Source of the DNA: Promethearchaeota archaeon
Lineage (GTDB): Archaea; Asgardarchaeota; Lokiarchaeia; Sigyniarchaeales; SOKP01
Direction: 5' to 3'
Length of the DNA stretch: 64,000 nt
NCBI GenBank assembly: GCA_048940445.1
Contig: JBHLON010000002.1
Span: 118,149 to 182,148, forward strand
Shown here: one piece after another, positions 50,036 through 59,297 of the stretch
Layout of the letters: the number at the start of each line of letters is the position of its first letter
Numbering within the stretch: position 1 is the first letter of the stretch
Program-made: the position numbers and the translations under genes
Notes under the pieces: generated by a model
What the model was told of the DNA's origin: nothing
The model's database searches: none
The model's input: the letters and a program-made list of their open reading frames with translations, nothing else

Positions 50036-51430
50036 GTGACTAGATTGTCTAAAAATGAAAAAGAAACCTTCTCTTTAGGACACTCTTTAGCTTATAGTGC
50101 TGGATTATTTTCCGATGTTGCTTCTTATCAATTATTCACATTTTTGATTTTTACATTTTATTATTCTGTTATTGGATTACCAACGGATTGGATTACTATT
50201 GCATTTATAATCTGGTCAATTTGGAATGCCCTAAATGATCCGATGTGGGGAATTATTTCTGATAGGACAAATACCAGATGGGGAAGAAGACGTCCATATA
50301 TTATAATCAGTATCATTCCATTATGTGTTGTAATGATTCTCTTATGGACTCCAATAAGGACTGATCAGGTTAGCACTTTTATCTACTTTTTTATCATCAT
50401 AATGGCTTTTGATACTATATACACACTTTATAGTATTAATCAAACTTCGTTATTTCCGGAAATGTTTCAATCATTAGAATTAAGGGCAAAAGTGAATAAT
50501 ATCAGACAAATTTTTTCTGTTATCGCTTTAATCTTTGCATTTATCATGCCAAGTTTTTTCATTTCTGATTATACTTTGCCTCAGAGTGCGCCTGGTTATG
50601 TAATTACAGGTATCGAAATGGCATTGATAATATTTCTTGGAGCATTTATCTTTATCATGTATGGTATTAAAGAAAAACCTGAATTCGCAGTTGATAAGAC
50701 AGAAACTCCTTCTTTCTTTAAGTCAATCAAGATTACAATTACTAATAAAGCATTTCTCTTTTTTGTACTTACTGCATTGGCAAACTGGTATGTATTTGGA
50801 ATGCTCCCCACCATTGTACCATTATATGCAAAATTTGTTCTACATACTTCTGACGCATTTCTTCAATCCATATTACTTGGTTTGGCATTTATTTCATCCA
50901 TAATATTCATTTTCCTTTGGCGTTTTGTCACCCTTAAAATTGGACTTAAAAAAGGATTTATTATATCAATGCTAGCGTTTATAATCGTTCTTATCCCATT
51001 TATGTTTATCTCTGATTTTTTTTGGGGCTTAATTACGTACTTCCTTGTTGGTGTTGGACTATCGGGCTCATTATTTTTTAGGGATCCCCTAGTTTCTGCT
51101 ATTGCTGATGAAGATGAACTTAAAACTGGTGTTCGGAGAGAGGGAAGCTTCTATGGTGTCAATGCTTTAATAATAAGGCTTTCAACAATATTTATCTTTG
51201 TTACTATAAATTCAGTATTTCAAAGTGTAGGTTGGAGAGTCTTTGAACCCTCATCAGTGGGACCTGACACAATTTTTGGTTTGAGAATGTTAATGTTTGT
51301 GTTTCCAGCAGTTGCACTTACCTTTGGAATTATTATGATGCTATTTTTCCCTATAACTAAGAAGAAGTTTGAAGTTATAAAGCAACAGGTAAATAAACTT
51401 CACGAGGAGAAACGAGCAAAATTGAGTTAA
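50036..51430 (+). CDS. GPH-family (MelB-like) sugar:cation symporter
   Basis: WNALNDP.WG.ISDRTNTRWGRRRPY, DEDELKTGVRREG. Confidence 0.92.
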   Translation: MTRLSKNEKETFSLGHSLAYSAGLFSDVASYQLFTFLIFTFYYSVIGLPTDWITIAFIIWSIWNALNDPMWGIISDRTNTRWGRRRPYIIISIIPLCVVMILLWTPIRTDQVSTFIYFFIIIMAFDTIYTLYSINQTSLFPEMFQSLELRAKVNNIRQIFSVIALIFAFIMPSFFISDYTLPQSAPGYVITGIEMALIIFLGAFIFIMYGIKEKPEFAVDKTETPSFFKSIKITITNKAFLFFVLTALANWYVFGMLPTIVPLYAKFVLHTSDAFLQSILLGLAFISSIIFIFLWRFVTLKIGLKKGFIISMLAFIIVLIPFMFISDFFWGLITYFLVGVGLSGSLFFRDPLVSAIADEDELKTGVRREGSFYGVNALIIRLSTIFIFVTINSVFQSVGWRVFEPSSVGPDTIFGLRMLMFVFPAVALTFGIIMMLFFPITKKKFEVIKQQVNKLHEEKRAKLS

Positions 51431-51501
51431 ATAAGAGTTCTCCTAAACTTAAATTTTAATCTTTTATTTTTTAAATTTAATAGATAATATTATCAACAAT
51501 C

Positions 51502-52803
51502 ATGTTAAGAAAACCTAATATTATTTTATTCATAACCCATGATCAAGGGCAATTTGTTGGTTGTTATAACTCGCCACAGACTCCAAACTCACTGAGGACT
51601 CCCAATCTAGATAAAATTGCGAAAGAAGGAATTAGATTTACTAATTGCTTTTGTACAGCACCTCAATGCAGTCCAAGTAGAGGAAGTATTCAAACATCAT
51701 TATATCCACATCAAAATGGGTTAATGGGACTCGTTGATCGCGGTTGGACACTCCCCCCTGATAATAAAACATTACCAATGTATCTAAAAGAATATGGCTA
51801 TACAACACATTTAATTGGTCTGCAACATGAAAGTAGAGATATTAATACATTAGGGTATGATATATATACAAAACGGAGACGGGAATTTTCTTATTCCTGT
51901 AAAAAAATGGAGAACCAATACTTAGATTTTTTGAAAGAACATAAAAATGATACCAAACCATTTTATGTTTGTATAGGGACATGGGAGGTTCATCGCCCTT
52001 TTGATGGATGGGGTATACCAATTAATCCTAGTAAGGTTTCTGTACCCCCTTATTTACCTGACAATGAGATGATAAGGGATGATTTAGCTAACTATTATAG
52101 TGCCATTCATGTAGTAGATAAATCAATTGGAAAAGTCTTGAATCATTTAGATGATCTGGGTTTAAGGGGAAATACGTTATTTTGTTTTACTACTGATCAT
52201 GGAGAACCATTCCCTAAGGCCAAATGTACATTGTATGACCCCGGAATTAAAACTACTCTTATGATGTCATATCCTCCTCTTGAAAATTTTAACAATGGAA
52301 AAGTAGCAAATCAATTGATTAGCAATTTAGATTTACTACCTACATTCTTGGATTTAATTGGAACTAAAATACCAAAATCTATTGAAGGAAAGAGTTTTTT
52401 GCAATCTATCCAAAATTTTGAAGAGGTATTTAGAACTGAAATATTTACTGAAAAAACATTTCATGAATATTATGATCCAATAAGAAGCATTAGAACTGAG
52501 AGGTATAAATATATTATTAATTTTGAGAAAATGAATCAACTATATCAAATCGATTCGTTTACAGCCCATGATCCCGCGGGCATATATATAGAAAAACTAA
52601 TAAATTCACCGAGATCTGATGACGAATTTTATGATCTTAAAAAAGATCCAGCTGAATCAAGTAATAAGGTTAATGATCCTTCTTATCAGAATATTATAAT
52701 GGAACTAAAAAGTAAATTAAATAATTGGATGAAAAACACAAATGATCCAATTCTTAGAGGTAAGATTGAGGATCAAAGAACTGAACCACTAAAAAGATAT
52801 TAA
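51502..52803 (+). CDS. Cys-type sulfatase (sulfamidase-like)
   Basis: PNIILFITHD, CSPSR formylglycine motif, HRPF, TDHG, YDLKKDP.E. Confidence 0.93.
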   Translation: MLRKPNIILFITHDQGQFVGCYNSPQTPNSLRTPNLDKIAKEGIRFTNCFCTAPQCSPSRGSIQTSLYPHQNGLMGLVDRGWTLPPDNKTLPMYLKEYGYTTHLIGLQHESRDINTLGYDIYTKRRREFSYSCKKMENQYLDFLKEHKNDTKPFYVCIGTWEVHRPFDGWGIPINPSKVSVPPYLPDNEMIRDDLANYYSAIHVVDKSIGKVLNHLDDLGLRGNTLFCFTTDHGEPFPKAKCTLYDPGIKTTLMMSYPPLENFNNGKVANQLISNLDLLPTFLDLIGTKIPKSIEGKSFLQSIQNFEEVFRTEIFTEKTFHEYYDPIRSIRTERYKYIINFEKMNQLYQIDSFTAHDPAGIYIEKLINSPRSDDEFYDLKKDPAESSNKVNDPSYQNIIMELKSKLNNWMKNTNDPILRGKIEDQRTEPLKRY

Positions 52804-52823
52804 AAAAAAATTTTTTATAAGAT

Positions 52824-53909
52824 TTATTCTCTTTTAAACATAGCTTTTACGTCCTTTTCACATAAGAAAAATGCAATTGCGATTGGAAATCCGAAGACAA
52901 TAAAGTAACTTGAAGCTGCAATAGCCATATATCGGCAAAAGTTCACTTTAAAGAGAGTACCGATAGACCCTATTAACAAAATTAGTGCAACAATAAGATA
53001 ATACCATCCCATTATTGTAATCGAGAGCTCATCTGTAGACGTCGGAGTATCAGTGTAAAGAGAAGCTACAACATCTGCCATAATTATTGCTAATAAAGCA
53101 TAAAGTAAAATAAATATTGCAAAAAGTAATGATACTATTGATACTATTTTTAAAGCCATTTTCCTATTAATTTTTGGGGCATCAGGAGATTTTCTGGGAT
53201 GATCTTCGATATCTCGTGCGACGTACATGAGCAAAAGCAAAGGTAGAAGGATATAAAGAGCGATCTCAAACATGACTGCATACTCACGCTCTCCATAGAA
53301 AACTAGTGGTGAAACTACTAACATTAGCAAGAGAGACAAACCAGTAGCAATCAAAAACAATTTCGATGTATCTTTATATCCTTTTCTTAAATAGTAAAAA
53401 GCAAATATTAGTGTGAAAATCGCAATGGCATCACCGATTAAATAAAGTGGGCTGAGGAAATGTTGTTCACCAGACCAAGATAGAATGTAATCATGGGGAA
53501 TTTGAATATTAAACCAAATACTACTCCATAAGTTCATTTCTAACTCATTATGGAAAAATTGATCAATAAAAAAATGAGAAAATCCAGCAGCAGCTACAAT
53601 ACAATAGGCATTTTTCCAACTTACTTCCCTTATTCCACTATCTTCAAATTTTAAGGGGAATCCTTTTTCTGATCTTACTAAAGAGAATCTTGAAGAATAA
53701 GTCCAAACTAGAGAATAGGGAATCGCAAGAATAAGAAAACCCAGAATTGAGTGAAATGGTGTAACAAAGAAAAGGTTAACTAAATCTGGACCCCATAAAT
53801 TATTTACCAAAAAAATTATAGCAACTTTGTAGCTAAATTTGTTTTTTGTATAATATAATATAGGGATCAATAAACATAATCCATAAAAAATATGTCCGAA
53901 AGTTGGCAT
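52824..53909 (-). CDS. Membrane protein, possibly membrane-bound metal-dependent hydrolase
   Basis: N-terminal H, PD, HS, SHFFID motifs plus many TM helices. Confidence 0.65.
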   Translation of the reverse strand: MPTFGHIFYGLCLLIPILYYTKNKFSYKVAIIFLVNNLWGPDLVNLFFVTPFHSILGFLILAIPYSLVWTYSSRFSLVRSEKGFPLKFEDSGIREVSWKNAYCIVAAAGFSHFFIDQFFHNELEMNLWSSIWFNIQIPHDYILSWSGEQHFLSPLYLIGDAIAIFTLIFAFYYLRKGYKDTSKLFLIATGLSLLLMLVVSPLVFYGEREYAVMFEIALYILLPLLLLMYVARDIEDHPRKSPDAPKINRKMALKIVSIVSLLFAIFILLYALLAIIMADVVASLYTDTPTSTDELSITIMGWYYLIVALILLIGSIGTLFKVNFCRYMAIAASSYFIVFGFPIAIAFFLCEKDVKAMFKRE

Positions 53910-54051
53910 AATATCCTCTTCGAAGTTTTAATATAAAGTATATTAAATTTACTTCGAAAAAGATCTATATAAAGTTTAAAAAAATTAAACATTAACTTCC
54001 TAAATTACCTTTAATTTTAATTCATATAACTCATTTTGAATTAGTTGAATT

Positions 54052-55023
54052 ATGATGTCATTTCAAGGTATAAAAAATGCGTATAAGAGAGTCAGCTATT
54101 TAGCCAACAGTACTCCAGTCATGACTTCTCGTACATTAGATAAATTAACAGCAGCTAAGATTTATTTAAAATGTGAAAATTTTCAAAGAGCTGGATCTTT
54201 CAAGTTTCGTGGAGCATTTAATGCAATGGGCATTCTTACTAAGGATAAGAGTAAAAATGGAGTAATTACCCATTCAAGTGGAAATCATGCCCAAGCTGTT
54301 GCTTTAGCTGCCTCTATTTTAGGGATGAAAGCCACAATTGTCATGCCTAAAGGAGCCCCAAAAAATAAAATAAACGCTACCGAAGGATATGGGGCCAGGA
54401 TTGTTTTTTGCGAAAATTCACAGGATGCAAGGATTCAAAAAACAAAGGAATTAATAGAACAAGAGGGATATACTCTAATTCATCCATATGATAATGATCA
54501 TATTATTTATGGTCAAGGTACTGCAGCTTTCGAGTTAATGGAACAGGTAGGTAAATTAGATATTATAGTTGCACCACTCGGTGGTGGTGGGTTATTAAGT
54601 GGGACGGCTATTGCATCTAAAGGTCTAGACACAAACATTAAAGTAATTGGGGTTGAACCCTCTATGGCAGATGATGCGTTGAGATCAATTAAAGCCGGGC
54701 ATATTATAGCAAGTAACTATCCAAATACCATAGCAGATGGTCTTCGAACCTCGCTTTGTGAAAGAACTTTTAAAATTATTCAGTCTAATGTTGATGAAAT
54801 TGTTACTGTATCAGAAAAAGAAATAATTAACGGTATGAGATTTTTATGGGAACGTATGAAAATAATCGTTGAACCCTCTGGGGCTGTTCCAGTAGCAGCA
54901 TTAATGACCAAAAAAATAAATGTTGAAGGAAAGAAGGTTGGCGTAATTATTAGTGGAGGTAATATAGATATAGAACCCTTTTTCCAACTTTTAGAACAAA
55001 AAATTGCAGAAAATAATTTGTAA
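54052..55023 (+). CDS. PLP-dependent serine racemase / threo-3-hydroxyaspartate dehydratase-like enzyme
   Basis: KCENFQRAGSFKFRGA, THSSGNHAQA, GGGGLLSG, TIADG, EPSGA, SGGN. Confidence 0.88.
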   Translation: MMSFQGIKNAYKRVSYLANSTPVMTSRTLDKLTAAKIYLKCENFQRAGSFKFRGAFNAMGILTKDKSKNGVITHSSGNHAQAVALAASILGMKATIVMPKGAPKNKINATEGYGARIVFCENSQDARIQKTKELIEQEGYTLIHPYDNDHIIYGQGTAAFELMEQVGKLDIIVAPLGGGGLLSGTAIASKGLDTNIKVIGVEPSMADDALRSIKAGHIIASNYPNTIADGLRTSLCERTFKIIQSNVDEIVTVSEKEIINGMRFLWERMKIIVEPSGAVPVAALMTKKINVEGKKVGVIISGGNIDIEPFFQLLEQKIAENNL

Positions 55024-55032
55024 GGTGCAGAC

Positions 55033-55761
55033 TTGTTTTTCAAAATTAATGGGGAAAATATTCCATTAGTTATGACTGGAACGTCTCCTTTTATCGGAGC
55101 TGGGCAGTTTGGGATGAAAGCTTACGAATATCGTAGAAAATTTTTGTATAATGCTGCTGCAATGGTAGAAATTTTAGAAGCCTCATATAAAGTGGGGTGT
55201 CGTGGAATTGAAGTAGTTCCAGCTGGAAAAATAAGTGAAGCTGTAAAAATTATGAAAGACACTCACAATGATTATATAGTAACTGGATCTACTTACCCAG
55301 GACCTGATCCACTTATCGAAGAATTGATAAAAATCGATGCAAGAATAATATTTGTTCATGGAATCGTCTCTGATAATATGAACAAAAATCTTTTCAAGTT
55401 AATCGATGATATATCTTCTAGAGGTGTGATTCCTGGGATTGCTGTACATAATCCTATTCCTACCTTAGACTTTTGTTTTGAAAATTTAAAAGAAATCAAA
55501 ACTTTTTTGATACCATTTAATTCGAAAGGATTTATTATGGGAAACCAAAGAAAATTAGAGACCATGGTAGATAGTAAAAAGGATTATTACTTCTTTGGTA
55601 TGAAAACATTGGCAGCAGGTCGTATTGATCCAAAAATTGCATTTGATTATATCTCTAAACATAATATTCGTTCAGTAACTATTGGTATGACAACTACCCA
55701 AGAAGCAATATATTCAACTAGAGTCGCCTTAGAAAGGCTAATTAAGAACAAAATAACCTAA
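55033..55761 (+). CDS. Aldo/keto-reductase-like TIM-barrel protein
   Basis: GTSPFIGAGQFG, PFN..G, MKTLAAGRI, VTIGM; TTG start. Confidence 0.6.
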   Translation: MFFKINGENIPLVMTGTSPFIGAGQFGMKAYEYRRKFLYNAAAMVEILEASYKVGCRGIEVVPAGKISEAVKIMKDTHNDYIVTGSTYPGPDPLIEELIKIDARIIFVHGIVSDNMNKNLFKLIDDISSRGVIPGIAVHNPIPTLDFCFENLKEIKTFLIPFNSKGFIMGNQRKLETMVDSKKDYYFFGMKTLAAGRIDPKIAFDYISKHNIRSVTIGMTTTQEAIYSTRVALERLIKNKIT

Positions 55762-55795
55762 TAAATTTTTAAGTTTTCACTCAAAGAGTATACTT

Positions 55796-56620
55796 ATGTT
55801 ATGTAAGTTACAAAATATTGAAATCTATTATGAAAGTTATGGAGAAGGTCTCCCCATCTTAATGATTCATGGATTTACACCTGACCATCATATAGTAAAA
55901 GGACCTATGGAATCGATTTTTCAAAATAGATCTGGATTTAAACGTATATATTTTGATTTACCAGGCATGGGTAAAACTGAAGGAAAGAAATGGATTAAAA
56001 CTTCGGACCAAATTCTTGAAATAATTACACAATTCATTGAAAAAGTATTACCAAATAAAAAATTCTTAATTGTGGCAGAATCTTATGGAGGTTATCTTGC
56101 AAGAGGACTTATATACAAAAATCTTTATCAAATACTAGGAATCTGCTTTATTTGCCCTTTAATTGTCCCAGATCCTCAAAAGAGAGATCTACCTGAATTT
56201 ACACCTATTATTAAGGAAGAAACCTTTTTAGAGACATTAGATCCTAAAGATAAAGATGGATTCAAAAATTTGGCTATTATTCAAAATGAACGCGTTTGGA
56301 AAGGATTTAAAGATAATGTTCTTATAGGTTTACAAGCTGCAGATGAGAAATTCTTAGATGAAATATTTAATAAAGGATACTCATTCTCGTTTAATGTTGA
56401 TCAAATGAGAAAAAAATTTGAAGAGCCCGTATTATTTCTACTTGGAAAACAAGACATAGCAGTGGGATATAAAGATGCTTGGAAAATTCTGGAGAGCTAT
56501 CCACGTGCTTCTTTTGTGATATTGGATAAAGCAGGACATCTACTGGAGGTAGAACAAAAAATTTTGTTTGAACCACTTGTAAATGAATGGTTGGATAGAG
56601 TAATAGAAGCAATCGATTAA
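55796..56620 (+). CDS. Alpha/beta hydrolase
   Basis: HGF, DLPGMG, ESYGG nucleophile elbow, GKQD, AGH. Confidence 0.9.
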   Translation: MLCKLQNIEIYYESYGEGLPILMIHGFTPDHHIVKGPMESIFQNRSGFKRIYFDLPGMGKTEGKKWIKTSDQILEIITQFIEKVLPNKKFLIVAESYGGYLARGLIYKNLYQILGICFICPLIVPDPQKRDLPEFTPIIKEETFLETLDPKDKDGFKNLAIIQNERVWKGFKDNVLIGLQAADEKFLDEIFNKGYSFSFNVDQMRKKFEEPVLFLLGKQDIAVGYKDAWKILESYPRASFVILDKAGHLLEVEQKILFEPLVNEWLDRVIEAID

Positions 56621-56670
56621 TTTTGAAATAGTATCGGATTAATTTTAAGATAAGTATAATTATATCTATT

Positions 56671-57849
56671 ATGAGTGAGAAGTTATACTGGAAGAATCCC
56701 TATGATACTGAATTTGAGGCAAAGATAGTAAAAATTACTGAAAATGGTCTAATTTTTGATCGTACTCTGTTTTATCCACAAAGCGGTAATCAAGCAAGCG
56801 ATATCGGTCAAGTCATATTTAATAATTTAAAATTTGAGATAAAAAAGGTATATTTTGAAGGTAAGGATATTGTCCATGAAATTGCTTTAAAAAATTTTAA
56901 TAAATTCAAGATTGGGGACAAAATTCAAGGGGCTATTGACTGGGAAAATCGTTACGGTTTGATGAAAGCCCATACTTCTCAACACATTTTATCTGCTTTA
57001 ATCAAAAACAATCATGACCTTAATACATCAAGGGCCTTTATTGAAAATGAAGAAGTTATCATTCAATTAGATAAAACTCTCGATTTTCCTAAATTAACCA
57101 ACATTTTAACAGAATTTTTATTACTGTGCACGATCAAAAATTTGGAGATAAAAACTGAAATTTTAACACCTGAACAAGCAGAAAATATTGGTAATATAGC
57201 CAGAGGCCTAAAACCTGAAATTGATCAAATTCGCGTGGTAAAGATAGAAGATCTTGATGTTAATTTCTGTGGAGGAACACATGTACGAAATTCGACTGAA
57301 ATTGGACCTCCGTTTCTAATTGACTTTAAAAAAAATTTTGAGATTAAATATTTAGTCGGAAATAAAGCAATTAGAAAGATTTCTCAACTAAATATAGATC
57401 TCCTAAGGATTTCGAATAAACTTAACACTAATATAGATAAGTGCTATGAAAATATTGAAAAAGTAATAGAAATGAACCAAAAATTGCAAGAAAATCATGA
57501 TTTAGTTATAACTGAATTGTTTAAGCAGAAATTAACAAATCCCGATGTTAGATTTAACAATATTAAGATATATTTAATAAATTTTGATATTGAATATAAA
57601 CTATTAAAAGTTCTTCTAAACATTATCCCCCACGATTCCTTATTATTGATTAAATCAGAAGCAAAGAAGATTAGAATTTATTCAAATGCAGAAAGAATAC
57701 ATTCCGATGAATTGGTTAACAAGCTAATTAATAAATATCAAGGAAAAGGAGGAGGAAATCCAAAAAATGCTCAATGTTCATTAGAAAAAGAACCTGAAGA
57801 TATAATTCAAGATTTAAAACAATTAATAAAGAAAGAAAAATCTAATTAA
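56671..57849 (+). CDS. alaX: AlaX-type alanyl-tRNA editing protein with C-Ala/DHHA1 domain
   Basis: FYPQSGNQ.SD.G, HTSQH, CGGTH, GKGGG. Confidence 0.87.
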   Translation: MSEKLYWKNPYDTEFEAKIVKITENGLIFDRTLFYPQSGNQASDIGQVIFNNLKFEIKKVYFEGKDIVHEIALKNFNKFKIGDKIQGAIDWENRYGLMKAHTSQHILSALIKNNHDLNTSRAFIENEEVIIQLDKTLDFPKLTNILTEFLLLCTIKNLEIKTEILTPEQAENIGNIARGLKPEIDQIRVVKIEDLDVNFCGGTHVRNSTEIGPPFLIDFKKNFEIKYLVGNKAIRKISQLNIDLLRISNKLNTNIDKCYENIEKVIEMNQKLQENHDLVITELFKQKLTNPDVRFNNIKIYLINFDIEYKLLKVLLNIIPHDSLLLIKSEAKKIRIYSNAERIHSDELVNKLINKYQGKGGGNPKNAQCSLEKEPEDIIQDLKQLIKKEKSN

Positions 57850-57885
57850 CTTTTTACATCTATTGCATTACTTCTCAAAACTACG

Positions 57886-59286
57886 TTACCATAGAAATTT
57901 TTCTTTCAAAATTGTTTCTGAGCAGTCTATTGCACTATTTGCTGCCATTTCAGTTCCAATACCCCAACCTCCTGCATCCCCTCCTACTATATATAATCCC
58001 TCTATTGGAAGGGCTGACTTTAATCGATTATATCCTGTTTGACCGACGATCTGTGAAATACCCACAACTGCTGCTTCTTTTCCACCAAAACTATTGATAT
58101 CTTCCGGAGTAGTTAAATCTAGCCAAAGCATATTATCGGATAAATCAGGAAAGATTCTATCTAGATTTTCCAGAGAAGTTTTGACCCATCGGTCCTCATT
58201 TTTCTCAAAATTCTCTTGATCTACAATTGTACCGGCAGTTATCAATTGCTTTCCGTTAGGAGTTAAACCACTATCATAATTGGAAGGAACTGGAATAAAG
58301 AAGTCTAAATCATCGGGAACCTTTCCATTTTTTATTTTTTCAAAATATTCAATAGGATCTTCTGATGATATAGTCATCAAGACCTTTAAGTCAGTTACAG
58401 GTTTTTTTAAGGCAATCTTGAGTGTAATTGCACTCATAGAATATTTGAGTTTATCAATAACCTTAAGGAAATCATTATTGAAATGTTTTCTTCCAACCAT
58501 GTTATTTACTGTCTCTTTTATCCCCGAATTACTGATTATGATATTGGAGGATATAACTTTTCCTGAGCTCAATTCGATGCCTTTCACCTTTCCCTCTTCG
58601 ATTATTATTTTTTCAACCTTACTATTAGTTTCTACAACACCGCCAAATTGTTCAATTGCCCCAGTATAGGCTAAAGGAATAGATATGCACCCCCCTCGGG
58701 GATATCCTGTAAGTAAATCCTTTGAAAGTGATGATAGACATTTTAAAAATTCACCTGCTGATGCCTCATAATAAGGTACAACGAAATACATCCAACAAAG
58801 AGCTTTAAAAAATGAATGTATGGAAATGTTATCTGTATATTGCGATAACCACGTTTTTAAGTCAATATTTTCTAAATCTGTAGTATCTCTCTTATTCATA
58901 ATATCTGTAAGAATTTTCATGAGAGTTTTAGAATCTGAGGGAGGTAATAAATTTATAAAATCAAGTGGAAACCTTAAAAACTCACCCTTATAATACCAAC
59001 GAGGCCCTGGACTTTTTGCTATTACCCAATCAATTGCATCTTCTTTCCCAATCAAACTAAGAGCTTTACCAAGTGGGCCTCTACCAGATCTCCCAAAAGA
59101 ATGAACTCCTACATCAACTTTAAATCCTTCCTTTTCATATGTACTGCATCTTCCACCAATTAATTTATTCTTTTCTAAGATTAAAGTTTTTAAACCATTT
59201 GAGGCTAAAATTGCCCCTACAACAGAACCTCCAATCCCGCTTCCAATTACTATTACATCATAATCGGTCAAATTAAACACACTCAA
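57886..59286 (-). CDS. Phytoene-desaturase-like FAD-dependent oxidoreductase
   Basis: VIGSGIGG, EK...GGRC, D.G.H, YPRGG, EGLYIVG. Confidence 0.85.
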   Translation of the reverse strand: MSVFNLTDYDVIVIGSGIGGSVVGAILASNGLKTLILEKNKLIGGRCSTYEKEGFKVDVGVHSFGRSGRGPLGKALSLIGKEDAIDWVIAKSPGPRWYYKGEFLRFPLDFINLLPPSDSKTLMKILTDIMNKRDTTDLENIDLKTWLSQYTDNISIHSFFKALCWMYFVVPYYEASAGEFLKCLSSLSKDLLTGYPRGGCISIPLAYTGAIEQFGGVVETNSKVEKIIIEEGKVKGIELSSGKVISSNIIISNSGIKETVNNMVGRKHFNNDFLKVIDKLKYSMSAITLKIALKKPVTDLKVLMTISSEDPIEYFEKIKNGKVPDDLDFFIPVPSNYDSGLTPNGKQLITAGTIVDQENFEKNEDRWVKTSLENLDRIFPDLSDNMLWLDLTTPEDINSFGGKEAAVVGISQIVGQTGYNRLKSALPIEGLYIVGGDAGGWGIGTEMAANSAIDCSETILKEKFLW

Positions 59287-59297
59287 TAATACTAAAT

